Below, one piece after another: positions 29,201 to 37,087 of a stretch of DNA of 64,000 nt. The stretch is from positions 1,152,001 to 1,216,000 of the forward strand of contig CBDCJH010000002.1 in assembly GCA_965217775.1 (NCBI GenBank). The letters are read 5' to 3'. This DNA is from Acidobacteriota bacterium. Lineage in GTDB: Bacteria; Acidobacteriota; UBA6911; RPQK01; JAJDTT01. Each line of letters starts with the position of its first letter. Positions within the stretch are counted from its first letter, which is position 1. Both the position numbers and the translations under genes were made by a program. The notes below the pieces were generated by a model, which did no database searches, was not told the origin of the DNA, and saw only the letters and a program-made list of their open reading frames with translations.

Positions 29201-30567
29201 ATTACTTGCCCTTGGCTGGCCTATCCGGGCTGACTTGGCTGGACCTCGGTCACAATCACACACCGGATTTGTCGTCGCTGGCGGGGTTGACCAAGCTGGC
29301 ATGGTTGAATCTCGAGTATAATGGCATACTGGATGTGTCGCCTCTGGCGGGCCTCCTTGAACTGGAATACCTGAACGGTGGACAAAACCGGATTGCAGAC
29401 ATATCCCCGTTTGCCGGGCTGACCAACCTGCGAGAAGCGGTCCTCTCCAGCAACGACATATCGAACCTTGAGCCTTTGACGGCAAACACGGGCTTGGGCG
29501 CCGGCAGCGTGGTTGACGTGAGAGCAAACCCCTTGAGCAGCATATCCATACGTGACTACGTCCCCGCGCTTCAGGGTAGGGGGGTCACGGTTCTCTTTGA
29601 CGACATTAAGTCTTTTTCTGATCCGGAAATATACAACGACAACGTTTTCGTCTTGCCCGTTGACGAGAACCTCGCTGCAGGCGGCTGGTCAGCGGTGGAT
29701 TGGACGAGACGGTTCTATGAGTATTTCAATGATGAATTCGATTTCCTGGTTTTTGTTTTAAACCTATACGCCGAGGAATTAGACGATCCTGCCAGCAACC
29801 TGAAAAGCTCCTTTATTCGTTCCCACAACGATGTACAAGGAATCGGCCTCCGGAACTCCTCAGATTATAGGTTTCCAGCGGCCCTCCAGGGCGTGGTCGT
29901 TCATGGGACTGTTTCTTTTTCAATTAATACCCAGTCCATCATATATCAGGGCCCGATGCTGCATGAGTTGATGCATCGGTGGGCGAATTTCATCACACCG
30001 AGTTCGGGTCAGGGATCCCACTGGGGATTCAGCAGCGCCGACGGAATCCTTGGCGGATTCGACATCGCCAAGTTAGTGGACCATGGCGACGGTCGTTATA
30101 CGGCAGGATACTTCTCGAGGAGGGGAGTGGCCGCCAACGACAAACCCTACAGCCCCATCGAATTGTATTTGGCGGGTCTCGTACCGCCGGAGGAGGTGCC
30201 CGACCTTTGGGTGGCCGAGGATGGGGAGTGGCTTCTCGGCGAAGGAGGCAACCACGTTACATCGGCCGATGGCGAAATGATATTCACCGCGAGTCAGATC
30301 AGAACCTATACGATCGATGACATCGTCAGGATGCATGGGTCACGTGTGCCCGACTCTTCTCACTCGCAACGTGAGTTTCGCGCGGCAACGATTCTTCTGG
30401 TCGATGATCACCACCCGGCGAAGCGCAGGATCTTGGATCAGCTGAGCGACGACGTTTCCTGGTTCAGCCAGGCGGCGTCCGACGACGACCGCGAGTACAA
30501 TTTCTATGAAGCAACCGGCGGCAGGGCTACGATTGACATGAACGATCTGCCGCGGTCTCAGAGGTAG
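26257..30567 (+). CDS. large surface protein: duplicated N-terminal domains, Ig-like domain, plant-type and internalin-type LRRs, C-terminal HEXXH metalloprotease-like domain
   Basis: Two ~220 aa FPDYVDG... repeats; WLTDAPLGEWYGV LRR cap; about 13 LxGPIPPELGxLxxLxxLDL repeats; MLHELMHRW; start uncertain (ORF is open back to 26197). Confidence 0.88.
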   Translation: MGGGARLRSPLLGSFSGPFIAWWLFFVLAPPQSGGPPSKTILRSADDSITRQAQESGEMILYFPDYVDGEGWSVQLVLSNVDPEAAAEVRVDVYDPEGQPIRDLFDSDLTLEIPALGSRVLRSAGSGAIRRGWIQVQTDSAAVGGLLTYRNAQTGIEVGVKPVDLGPQFALFVEESPTVGAGVAVFKPDASPRLELRIRGEEGNDPLEGGFVPWRDFHQAARTLPEWFSGEGVDTGFLTDFRGLLFLESEDESPFAPLGLRFGKGTSSLSAVPAIRTHGEEPKETNLVFPDYVDGGGWSVQLVLSNVDADTAAEVRVEVHDSDGQPVLDLFESNLTLEIPALGSRVLRSAGAGAMRRGWIQVESDSALVSGLLTYRHVQTGIEVSVEPVQLGKEFALFVEESGTVGAGLALFNPDAESRIELRLRDEEGNDPLDGVFLPWRDFHQAARTLPEWFDIEGVDTEFLRDFRGLLFLRAEGESGFAPLGLRFGKGTSSLSAVPAIRLPEGGGIDGGLAPPPTVTLAASPTSIDRGQSTTLTWSSTSAESAEITPDIGVVPTSGTRKVSPNVTTTYRITVTGADGQTATASVTVAISERVLLRAVFDAMGGSAWTRSDNWLTDAPLGEWYGVEVDSQGRVIGLRMAEWVETEDGRRVKIGNRLTGSIPPELGSLSHLRVLNLSENRLTGPIPPELGQLSNLQRLDLSVNALTGPIPPELGRLSNLRVLDLGRNNLESPIRPELGALAQLEFLHLGSNDLRGPIPPELGRLSNLKVLDLGRDRLTGPIPPELGQLSNLQRLDLSGNRLTGPIPPELGQLSNLQRLDLSGNRLTGPIPPELGRLSNLRVLDLGWNNLESPIRPELGALAQLEFLDLGSNLLRGPIPPELGRLSNLRVLDLGGNNLRGPIRPELGVLAQLEFLDLGLNLLRGPIPPELGRLSNLRVLDLGGNDNLRGPIPPELGRLSKLKMLNLSGVNRYRYEENRPPLDYLPLAGLSGLTWLDLGHNHTPDLSSLAGLTKLAWLNLEYNGILDVSPLAGLLELEYLNGGQNRIADISPFAGLTNLREAVLSSNDISNLEPLTANTGLGAGSVVDVRANPLSSISIRDYVPALQGRGVTVLFDDIKSFSDPEIYNDNVFVLPVDENLAAGGWSAVDWTRRFYEYFNDEFDFLVFVLNLYAEELDDPASNLKSSFIRSHNDVQGIGLRNSSDYRFPAALQGVVVHGTVSFSINTQSIIYQGPMLHELMHRWANFITPSSGQGSHWGFSSADGILGGFDIAKLVDHGDGRYTAGYFSRRGVAANDKPYSPIELYLAGLVPPEEVPDLWVAEDGEWLLGEGGNHVTSADGEMIFTASQIRTYTIDDIVRMHGSRVPDSSHSQREFRAATILLVDDHHPAKRRILDQLSDDVSWFSQAASDDDREYNFYEATGGRATIDMNDLPRSQR

Positions 30568-31222
30568 GAAGCGCGAGTGGAAGCGGCGAATCCGCCCGAG
30601 TTGCAAGAAGGATCGCTCGGTTCTTCGGGCGACGCGTCGATTCCGGGATCGGTAATCAGGCCGGGGTTGGAGAGGTTGACGAGCCGTGGAATCCCAGATC
30701 CGGAGGACTGGACACAATAAACAGAGGCAGATCGTCCGTCCAGAATACAAACTCCCTCGACTAGCGTCCGTTAACTGATTATTAACGGAAGTACTCCACC
30801 CTGCCACACTGGGTTCGGAGTAAAAACGCCGTAGCTGCTACCGACCTCGGTGAAACCAACCCGACGAAAAACATACGTCTTTTTCTAGCGACGACGATGC
30901 CAGTTCGGAAAATCTGGCGGGGAATACAATTGATCCTCTCCACAGATTACCCGTTTCCCAAAACAGTAGGGAGACAAACAATAGAGTCGCTGTGGATCTG
31001 AGCGATCTCTTTGGTCTTGGTGGGAGCCCAACCGGCAGGGAGAAGGGGCAGTTACCATCTTTGTATGCTGAAATCTTCGACAAACGAGACATATCACCAT
31101 CTTCAGCATCAGAGGGACGAAAATGCCAAAAAATGGGGCGAATTGGAGAGATCTCATGATCGACAACGAGAAGAGAAGGGGACAGTCACCTTCTCTGGCT
31201 CTGTGGGTGTTTGGCGCGCTCA

Positions 31223-31730
31223 GGCACCGGAGCTGGGCTCCGTCCGGGACCTCCCTGGACGAGCTGCTCAAGAACAGCGCCAGCTACGGTTTCTCCTTCG
31301 TGGGGTTCTCGGAGGAGGTGACGGGCAAGCTCTCCATGGACCAGTTCGAGCTCCATCTGGCGAGTCCGTAGCCGAGACCTTCGCTTTCCAAGAGGATTCA
31401 GATCCGAACGGTCATCGCATGCAATGACGGCCCGAATCATAGATCCTGATGCGAGCGGCCCTGGAATTGAATCGGGCGGTCCAGGTGACCACGAAGGCGG
31501 CTATGGGACTTGTTCGTCGGTAATCAGATCGGTCGGGACCAGGTCGATGCATCGGCTGGCCAATCCGGGCGTGACCTGGCGCGCGTCACTGTGCCCGGGA
31601 TGGCCGTTTCAGAGTCCGTTTGTACCGATGGATTACTGGGGACAGGAGCCGAGTTCCAGAACCTAAGAATAGGACCCGAAAATATACTTTATTGGGCTCT
31701 AAACCACGCCCCTGACTCCCTATATTCTCC
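31223..31730 (+). repeat. diverged duplicate of the 3' end of 21529-22230 plus its downstream region
   Basis: HRSWAPSGTSLDELLKNSASYGFSFVGFSEEVTGKLSMDQFELHL matches 22082-22230; the following ~350 bp align with about 22230-22590. Confidence 0.85.
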
Positions 31731-31842
31731 TTCGTCCGTGGCTCCCGATCTCCTCTTTTCCCCAACCCGGTGAGCCCATCCGGGCACCAAAATCACATTG
31801 ACCCCTGACGGGATCATCTCAAACCCGGAGGAGGTCGATGCC

Positions 31843-32595
31843 ATGAAACGACAGACGAACAAGAGTGGAGAAGGGCTCAGGAACGCCACGGCGGCGGGAC
31901 TTGTCCCCCTGTTGCTACTCGCGAGCGTGCCAAGCTGCGGCGGGTGGTCCGTGGATCCCATGCCCACTTGCAGTCCGTGGTGAAAGTCCCGCGAGCACCG
32001 AGACCGTTCCTGCGCCCGCCGGACAAGGCGCGATTCGGGTGCATACCGGGAGTATGTGCCCGAATCGCAACGCCGTCCGCCGGGATGCAGGGACGGTCGA
32101 ATGCCGTGATGACTTTTGCCACGGGCTGCTTGGCCCAAGGTCCAAGGCGTGAAGCCGGGTACCAAGACTGAGGTTCAACTGTATGAAGATAAAGCGCCCC
32201 AAGGAAGGCAGAAGTTCAAAGGTCGGTTCCTATCGGCTACGGACGACTCTGTCACCCTGGAACTCACCGAGCGCATCCACACGGATATGAGAATCCGCAC
32301 GTTGCAGAAATCGGATGTGCGCAAGGTGTTGACCTATCGCCCGTTCGTGAAGCGTTGGCCCGGATGGGCCGCCATTTTGGTTACCGCTGGTGCAGGTGCA
32401 CTGGTTCCCATCTGGGAACAAACGCGAGGAGATAATTTTCTCGCCACCCTCATTCTGTCCATCCCAATTTCTATCCCATTCTTCATCGGATCACGGATGG
32501 GAAGGATTTACGAAGTTCCACCAGAGAACAGGGACTTGCGGCAGTCGCCAGGTCCGGCCGCGATCAAGGCCGAGGAACCGAACGATTCCAAGTGA
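31843..32595 (+). pseudogene. membrane/lipoprotein gene interrupted by a MITE
   Basis: Removing the MITE plus one CTTG joins MKRQ...VDPMPT to WPKVQGVKPG... in frame. Confidence 0.8.
31971..32128. mobile_element. 158-bp MITE
   Basis: TIRs CAGTCCGTGGTGAAAGTC / (rc) CAGCCCGTGGCAAAAGTC (15/18); CTTG TSD at 31967-31970 and 32129-32132; internal hairpin. Confidence 0.85.
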
Positions 32596-32783
32596 TTCGG
32601 AACTCCAGACTCCGTGACCATTCCTGGCCTTCGTGAGCCCCTTCTCGAGTAGAAATCACATTTACTGATGCGGGCCTGCTGCCCTCTGTGGAGACGGTCC
32701 ACGGGGGGCAGGAGACCTATGGCTCGAGGGCGACCGCGAGCATCATCGACGGACGACTGAATCACTTCAAGGAGGTAGGCATC

Positions 32784-33377
32784 ATGGAAAGTCTCACCAG
32801 CAAGAGCAGCAGATGGCTCAGAAAAGTCACGTCGGCTGGATTTGTTCCGTTGCTGCTGGCGCAAGTCTTGATCGCTCTATTTTGTGTTCCCGAGACGCTG
32901 CAGTCCGGCACCGAGATTCGCCGTGAGATGACCATGGAGGAGCTTCGCGAGTTTCTGAGCGGAGAGGAACAACTCACGGTGTTGCTCTCGGAGGGGGGCG
33001 CCGTGAGGGGCAATGGAATCACAATTCTGGCCGACAGCATCCGTCTCGATCGCATTACGAGAGCCACGGATGGGAAACGGCATGCTATCGGTTCCGAAAC
33101 TTCGATCGCCATAGGGACAGTCAAAGAAATCCGTGTGGAGAAAATGCGGGGAAGCTTGCGGCATTCGGGTGCCGTCGGTCTTGGAATTCTCGGAGGCTGT
33201 TTTTCCCCGACGGCTCTCGGAGTTCGCGGCTGGTGGTTCGATTGGGAAGAGACGTGGCGGCGGCCAACGAGAACATGGATTGGCTTGGTGATTGGGACTA
33301 TGGGGGGGGCCTCTCTCGGCTACTGGTTGGGCAAACGTAAGGATCACGTGACCACGATTATCACGATCGTCGACTGA
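32784..33377 (+). CDS. hypothetical exported protein with C-terminal glycine-rich TM hairpin
   Basis: AGGAGG RBS; MESLTSKSSRWL leader; paralog of 33629-34192. Confidence 0.75.
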   Translation: MESLTSKSSRWLRKVTSAGFVPLLLAQVLIALFCVPETLQSGTEIRREMTMEELREFLSGEEQLTVLLSEGGAVRGNGITILADSIRLDRITRATDGKRHAIGSETSIAIGTVKEIRVEKMRGSLRHSGAVGLGILGGCFSPTALGVRGWWFDWEETWRRPTRTWIGLVIGTMGGASLGYWLGKRKDHVTTIITIVD

Positions 33378-33628
33378 TTGATAACGGCCACCCAAGGTCC
33401 GTTAACTGAAATTTACGGGCGTAGGTACTCTCCCCCGCCTGATTTGGAGATCCGGACACCGTGGCCGCTCACGGGCTGGTGAGCCCCTTCCAGCAAAAAA
33501 TCACATTCCCTGATGCATACCCCCTGCCCTCTGTGGAGACGGTCCACGGGGGGCAGGAGTGCGACGATTCGACGGTGACCGCGAGCGTTATTAACGGGTG
33601 GCTGAGTCACTTCAAGGAGGTAGGCATC

Positions 33629-34192
33629 ATGGAAAGTCTCACCAGCAAGAGCAGCAGATGGCTGAGTAAAACCACAGTAGCGGGGATGATTCCCTTGCTA
33701 ATGGCGCAAGTTCTGATCGCTCTGGCCTGGGTTCCTCAGACCCTGGAAGCCGGTCCGGAGATTCGCCGCGAGATGACCTGGGAGCAACTTCCCGCCTTCC
33801 TCGAAAGCGAGAAGAAGGTCACCGTCGTACTAACCGAGGGGGGAGCCGTCCGGAGCGAAGGGGTTGTGGCTTTGTCTGACAGTATTCATCTCGGTCACAT
33901 CGTAATGGCCACGAACTCGAAGCGATACCCTTGGGGCTCCGAAGCCTCTATCGCCAGAGGCTCTGTCAGAGAAATCCGTTTGGAGAAAATGCGGGACAAC
34001 TTGCGTCGGATTGGAGCCGTTGGGTTCGGAGCTGCCGGGTTCTTTTTTGGTCCAGGCTTGGTTGGGGCTCGAAAATGGGGTGGTCGAGTGCTGGAGGGCT
34101 GGCTCGTTGGTTCTGTGGGGGGCGCTGGTCTCGGCTACTGGTTAGGCATGCGTAAGGATCGCGAGACCACCATCATCACGATCGTCAACTGA
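33629..34192 (+). CDS. hypothetical exported protein with C-terminal glycine-rich TM hairpin (paralog)
   Basis: Same leader and RBS; shared GGAVR, EIRxEKMR and LGYWLGxRKDxxTTIITIV. Confidence 0.75.
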   Translation: MESLTSKSSRWLSKTTVAGMIPLLMAQVLIALAWVPQTLEAGPEIRREMTWEQLPAFLESEKKVTVVLTEGGAVRSEGVVALSDSIHLGHIVMATNSKRYPWGSEASIARGSVREIRLEKMRDNLRRIGAVGFGAAGFFFGPGLVGARKWGGRVLEGWLVGSVGGAGLGYWLGMRKDRETTIITIVN

Positions 34193-34349
34193 TTTCCCCC
34201 CTCTCTCCAGCGGACCCATAGCACTGATGCAGGAAACGTGTTCGGCAGTTATGTCATCTGTTCAGCGGCGGTAGGATTGGACGGATGTACCGCCGGTTAT
34301 CGGATGAGTGGCAAGCCAGTTGCCGGTTCCCGCTCCCTTTCCGAACGAC

Positions 34350-34433
34350 TGGTCCACGATCGGTCCAAGCGAAGCAGATACGCCATTGCCGGTTGATGCG
34401 AAGCGAATGTTGTCCCCTGCAGTCACCGGACAA
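34350..34433 (-). pseudogene. higB: HigB (RelE-like) toxin internal fragment
   Basis: Translates to LSGDCRGQHSLRINRQWRICFAWTDRGP; abuts the GAGAAGGGAACAGTCACC motif. Confidence 0.7.
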
Positions 34434-34490
34434 TCAGAGGAGAAGGGAACAGTCACCTTCTCTCTTATGCCCCCTGCTCTGCTGGAGCGG

Positions 34491-34778
34491 CTATACTTCA
34501 ACGCCGAGCCGTCCGGGTCGCTCCGAGTACGACTCGCGAATAACGATGTGTACATCGCGCCCCAGAGCCGTCAGGAGGCGCAGAAGCCGTTCCATGGAGT
34601 ACTCTCGGAAGCTGCCCCGCAGCAGGCGCGACACATCGGGTTGAGACAGCCCGAGCAGCTTTGCTGCGTCGACCTGCTTGAGACGGCGCTCTCGAATGAT
34701 CTTGTCGATCTGCGTGACCAGTTCGGCCTTGAGCAGATGCGCGTCGGCAACCGGGAGTCCCAGGTCAGCGAATATGTT
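34491..34778 (-). pseudogene. XRE-family HTH antitoxin/regulator lacking its N-terminus
   Basis: NIFADLGLPVADAHLLKAELVTQI...LKQVDAAKLLGLSQPDVSRLLRG...YSMERLLRLLTALGRDV; cut at the tnpB element TIR; absent from the ORF track. Confidence 0.8.
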
Positions 34779-34779
34779 T

Positions 34780-36023
34780 GGGGCTTATATACCTAAGTGC
34801 CCTTGGCATACAGTTCTGGCACCACGCTTTCCCCAACGAGATACGTTCCGGTGCCCAGGGCAAGAACCCCAGCCCTGAGAATGTTCAGGGCGGCATTGTG
34901 GTCCCTGTCCATTCCAAGTCCGCAGGCCCTGCACCGGAAGGTTTCGCTCCGCCCTGGATCGTGGCGGGCGCCGCACCGGTGGCAGTCCTGCGATGTATAT
35001 GCGGGATTCACTTCTACGAACTTCCGACCGGCCCATTCTGCCTTGTACTGGAGTTGATTCCGCAGAAGCCCCCATGATTGCGTCATTATTTCTCGATTCA
35101 GCCCCTTCTTCTTCGAGCCCTTCGTTGCCATCCCTTGGATGTTCAGCTTCTCCACAGCGATCAGACCGTGCTCACGAATGATCCTGCTGGAGAGACGATG
35201 GCAGGCATTACGGTTTCGGACCGATTCCCGGTGACGGAGCCGAGATAGCTGTACGATCCGCTTCCGTCTGGTCTTGGAAATCTTCTTGCACCTGGAGACC
35301 TTTCTCTGCTGCTTTCGGATCCCCGCCCAGTCCCGTCGATTCCGTTCGATCCTCTCACCCGTGGACAGCACCGCTCGCTTGCGGACTCCCAGGTCGATCC
35401 CCACCGAAGACTCGCATTTCGGTAGCGGCGGCTTCTCCACCTCGTACGTCAGGTCCACATACACCCGGTTCGGCTTGCGGACAATCCGCAACGCTTTCAA
35501 TGGGCATCCGTCCGGCAACGGCCGGGACGGAAATATCCGGATCGTCGGGAAGCCCTTGGGCCGGATGGCGTAGCCCCGAGCGCGCTTCTTCACCAGGGTC
35601 GCTTTGGGGTCGACCACGTCGATGGTCTCCATCCTCGCAATGGGCCGGAATCGAGGATACCCCGGCTTCTCCCCCGCCTTGCAGCGACGGAAGAACGCCT
35701 TGAAGGCCCGGTCCAACCGCATCAACATCCCACGCTCCGCTTTGACCGCCACCGACCCAAGCCCCTCCGGATCGTCCTTCCTCTGGGAGGTCAACCCCTT
35801 CATCTGATCGTACAGGGTCACGCCACGTTGCTCGGATTCCCAGGCCGTTCTGCGTTCCTCCAGTGCAGCGTTGTACAGCCGATTCAGGATGGACCTCACC
35901 CGGTCCAACCGCCGGATTCCACCCTTGGACAGCTTGGCTCTGCACTGGATAGTTGCGTGGCCTTTCATGGTCGGAATTGTAACCCATCAGCCTGAATTCT
36001 CGGCACTTACGTATATAATCCCC
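34780..36023 (-). mobile_element. TIR-bounded element carrying only tnpB
   Basis: GGGGCTTATATACCTAAGTGCC (34780-34801) and rc of 36002-36023 GGGGATTATATACGTAAGTGCC (20/22 identical). Confidence 0.8.
34793..35968 (-). CDS. tnpB: RNA-guided endonuclease TnpB
   Basis: LYNAALEER and KPGYPRF; RuvC residues GIDLG / IAVEKL / DRDHNAALNI; zinc finger CHRC...CRAC; YKAEWAG and VNPAYTSQ. Confidence 0.95.
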   Translation of the reverse strand: MKGHATIQCRAKLSKGGIRRLDRVRSILNRLYNAALEERRTAWESEQRGVTLYDQMKGLTSQRKDDPEGLGSVAVKAERGMLMRLDRAFKAFFRRCKAGEKPGYPRFRPIARMETIDVVDPKATLVKKRARGYAIRPKGFPTIRIFPSRPLPDGCPLKALRIVRKPNRVYVDLTYEVEKPPLPKCESSVGIDLGVRKRAVLSTGERIERNRRDWAGIRKQQRKVSRCKKISKTRRKRIVQLSRLRHRESVRNRNACHRLSSRIIREHGLIAVEKLNIQGMATKGSKKKGLNREIMTQSWGLLRNQLQYKAEWAGRKFVEVNPAYTSQDCHRCGARHDPGRSETFRCRACGLGMDRDHNAALNILRAGVLALGTGTYLVGESVVPELYAKGT

Positions 36024-36561
36024 AATCCATTCAACAGGTTTCGGCAGGTCCGCGACGATGTCTTATTAAGGTGGTTCCGCCATATCCACGCAACCTGATT
36101 CTTGACATGCAGGCTGCCAGTGGGGCCTGTTGCCGCTTGAGCGGAACGCGCCAAGCCCTCCCGACATCTTTTCCCACCCGCCGGCAAGTAACCGCTGAAG
36201 ACCACCGAGGGGTTGGTCCAAGCGGAGACCGGCGCTTGGACCTGAACACTTCGACGCGGCGTTCCTCATCCAGATCGAGCGACAGGCCCTGAAGGCGGAC
36301 CTCACCGGCAAGATCACTGCGTTCGTCTTCAAGGACGACAAGGAGGAACTCGACGTGACGGAGCGTCGGGGAGAAGGAGACACGGGGAGAAGGGGACAGG
36401 TATCTTCTCTCTCCACGATGACCCGAAAGCCGTGATGCCTTGCGTTCGCTGCAAATTCCCGCCCGCTAACGCCCCATTGGATTCTGACGTTGAACCGCAC
36501 TTGTTGGGCGGATGTGAAGGCTGATTGTCCCCTGCGTCGGTATTCGTTCGATGCTGGCCCT

Positions 36562-36864
36562 CTACCTGAGAACGGCGTCAAGTGGTTGAATATCCGAGAC
36601 GTCGATCGATGCGCCTGCCTGGGCAAGATCGTAGCTCATCTGCATATTCATCCAGTAATGCGGCGTTGTCTTGAAGGCTTTCGCCAGTCGGAATGCAGTA
36701 TCCGGTGTTACCGACGTCTGGCCTCTTACGATGCGTTCTATACGCGTGCGTGGCACGCCCAGTTTCTTTGCCAAGGCCCCGGCGCTCATCTCGAGCGGCT
36801 TAAGGTACAGCTCGTCCAAAACTTCACCAGGATGCATCGGCACAAGGATATCAGCCATTTCCAT
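36562..36864 (-). CDS. higA: HigA family antitoxin
   Basis: MHPGEVLDELYLKPL...LAKKLGVPRTRI...VTPDTAFRLAKAFKTTPHYWMNMQMSYDL. Confidence 0.92.
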   Translation of the reverse strand: MEMADILVPMHPGEVLDELYLKPLEMSAGALAKKLGVPRTRIERIVRGQTSVTPDTAFRLAKAFKTTPHYWMNMQMSYDLAQAGASIDVSDIQPLDAVLR

Positions 36865-36870
36865 CGGTCC

Positions 36871-36966
36871 TCAGTGGTAGTCCACAATCTCGACTTCATC
36901 CGGTCCACGATCGGTCCAAACGAAGCAGATACGCCATTGCTGGTTGATGCGAACCGAATGTTGTCC
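36871..36966 (-). pseudogene. higB: HigB toxin C-terminal remnant
   Basis: GQHSVRINQQWRICFVWTDRGPDEVEIVDYH* directly upstream of higA; 5' part replaced by a REP cluster. Confidence 0.85.
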
Positions 36967-36967
36967 G

Positions 36968-37086
36968 GAATCGGGGGTTACAAACCCCCGCTCCCAGGAG
37001 ATGGAACTGCAGGGGCGATTTCTAATCGCCCGCTCTTCTCCGGTGAATCGTTACTCTGGAGTTCGGCGGTTGGAAACCGCCGCTCC
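36968..37086 (-). repeat. cluster of three GGAG-type REP-like hairpins
   Basis: CGGGGGTTACAAACCCCCGCTCC, GGGCGATTTCTAATCGCCCGCTC and CGGCGGTTGGAAACCGCCGCTCC. Confidence 0.7.
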
Positions 37087-37087
37087 G

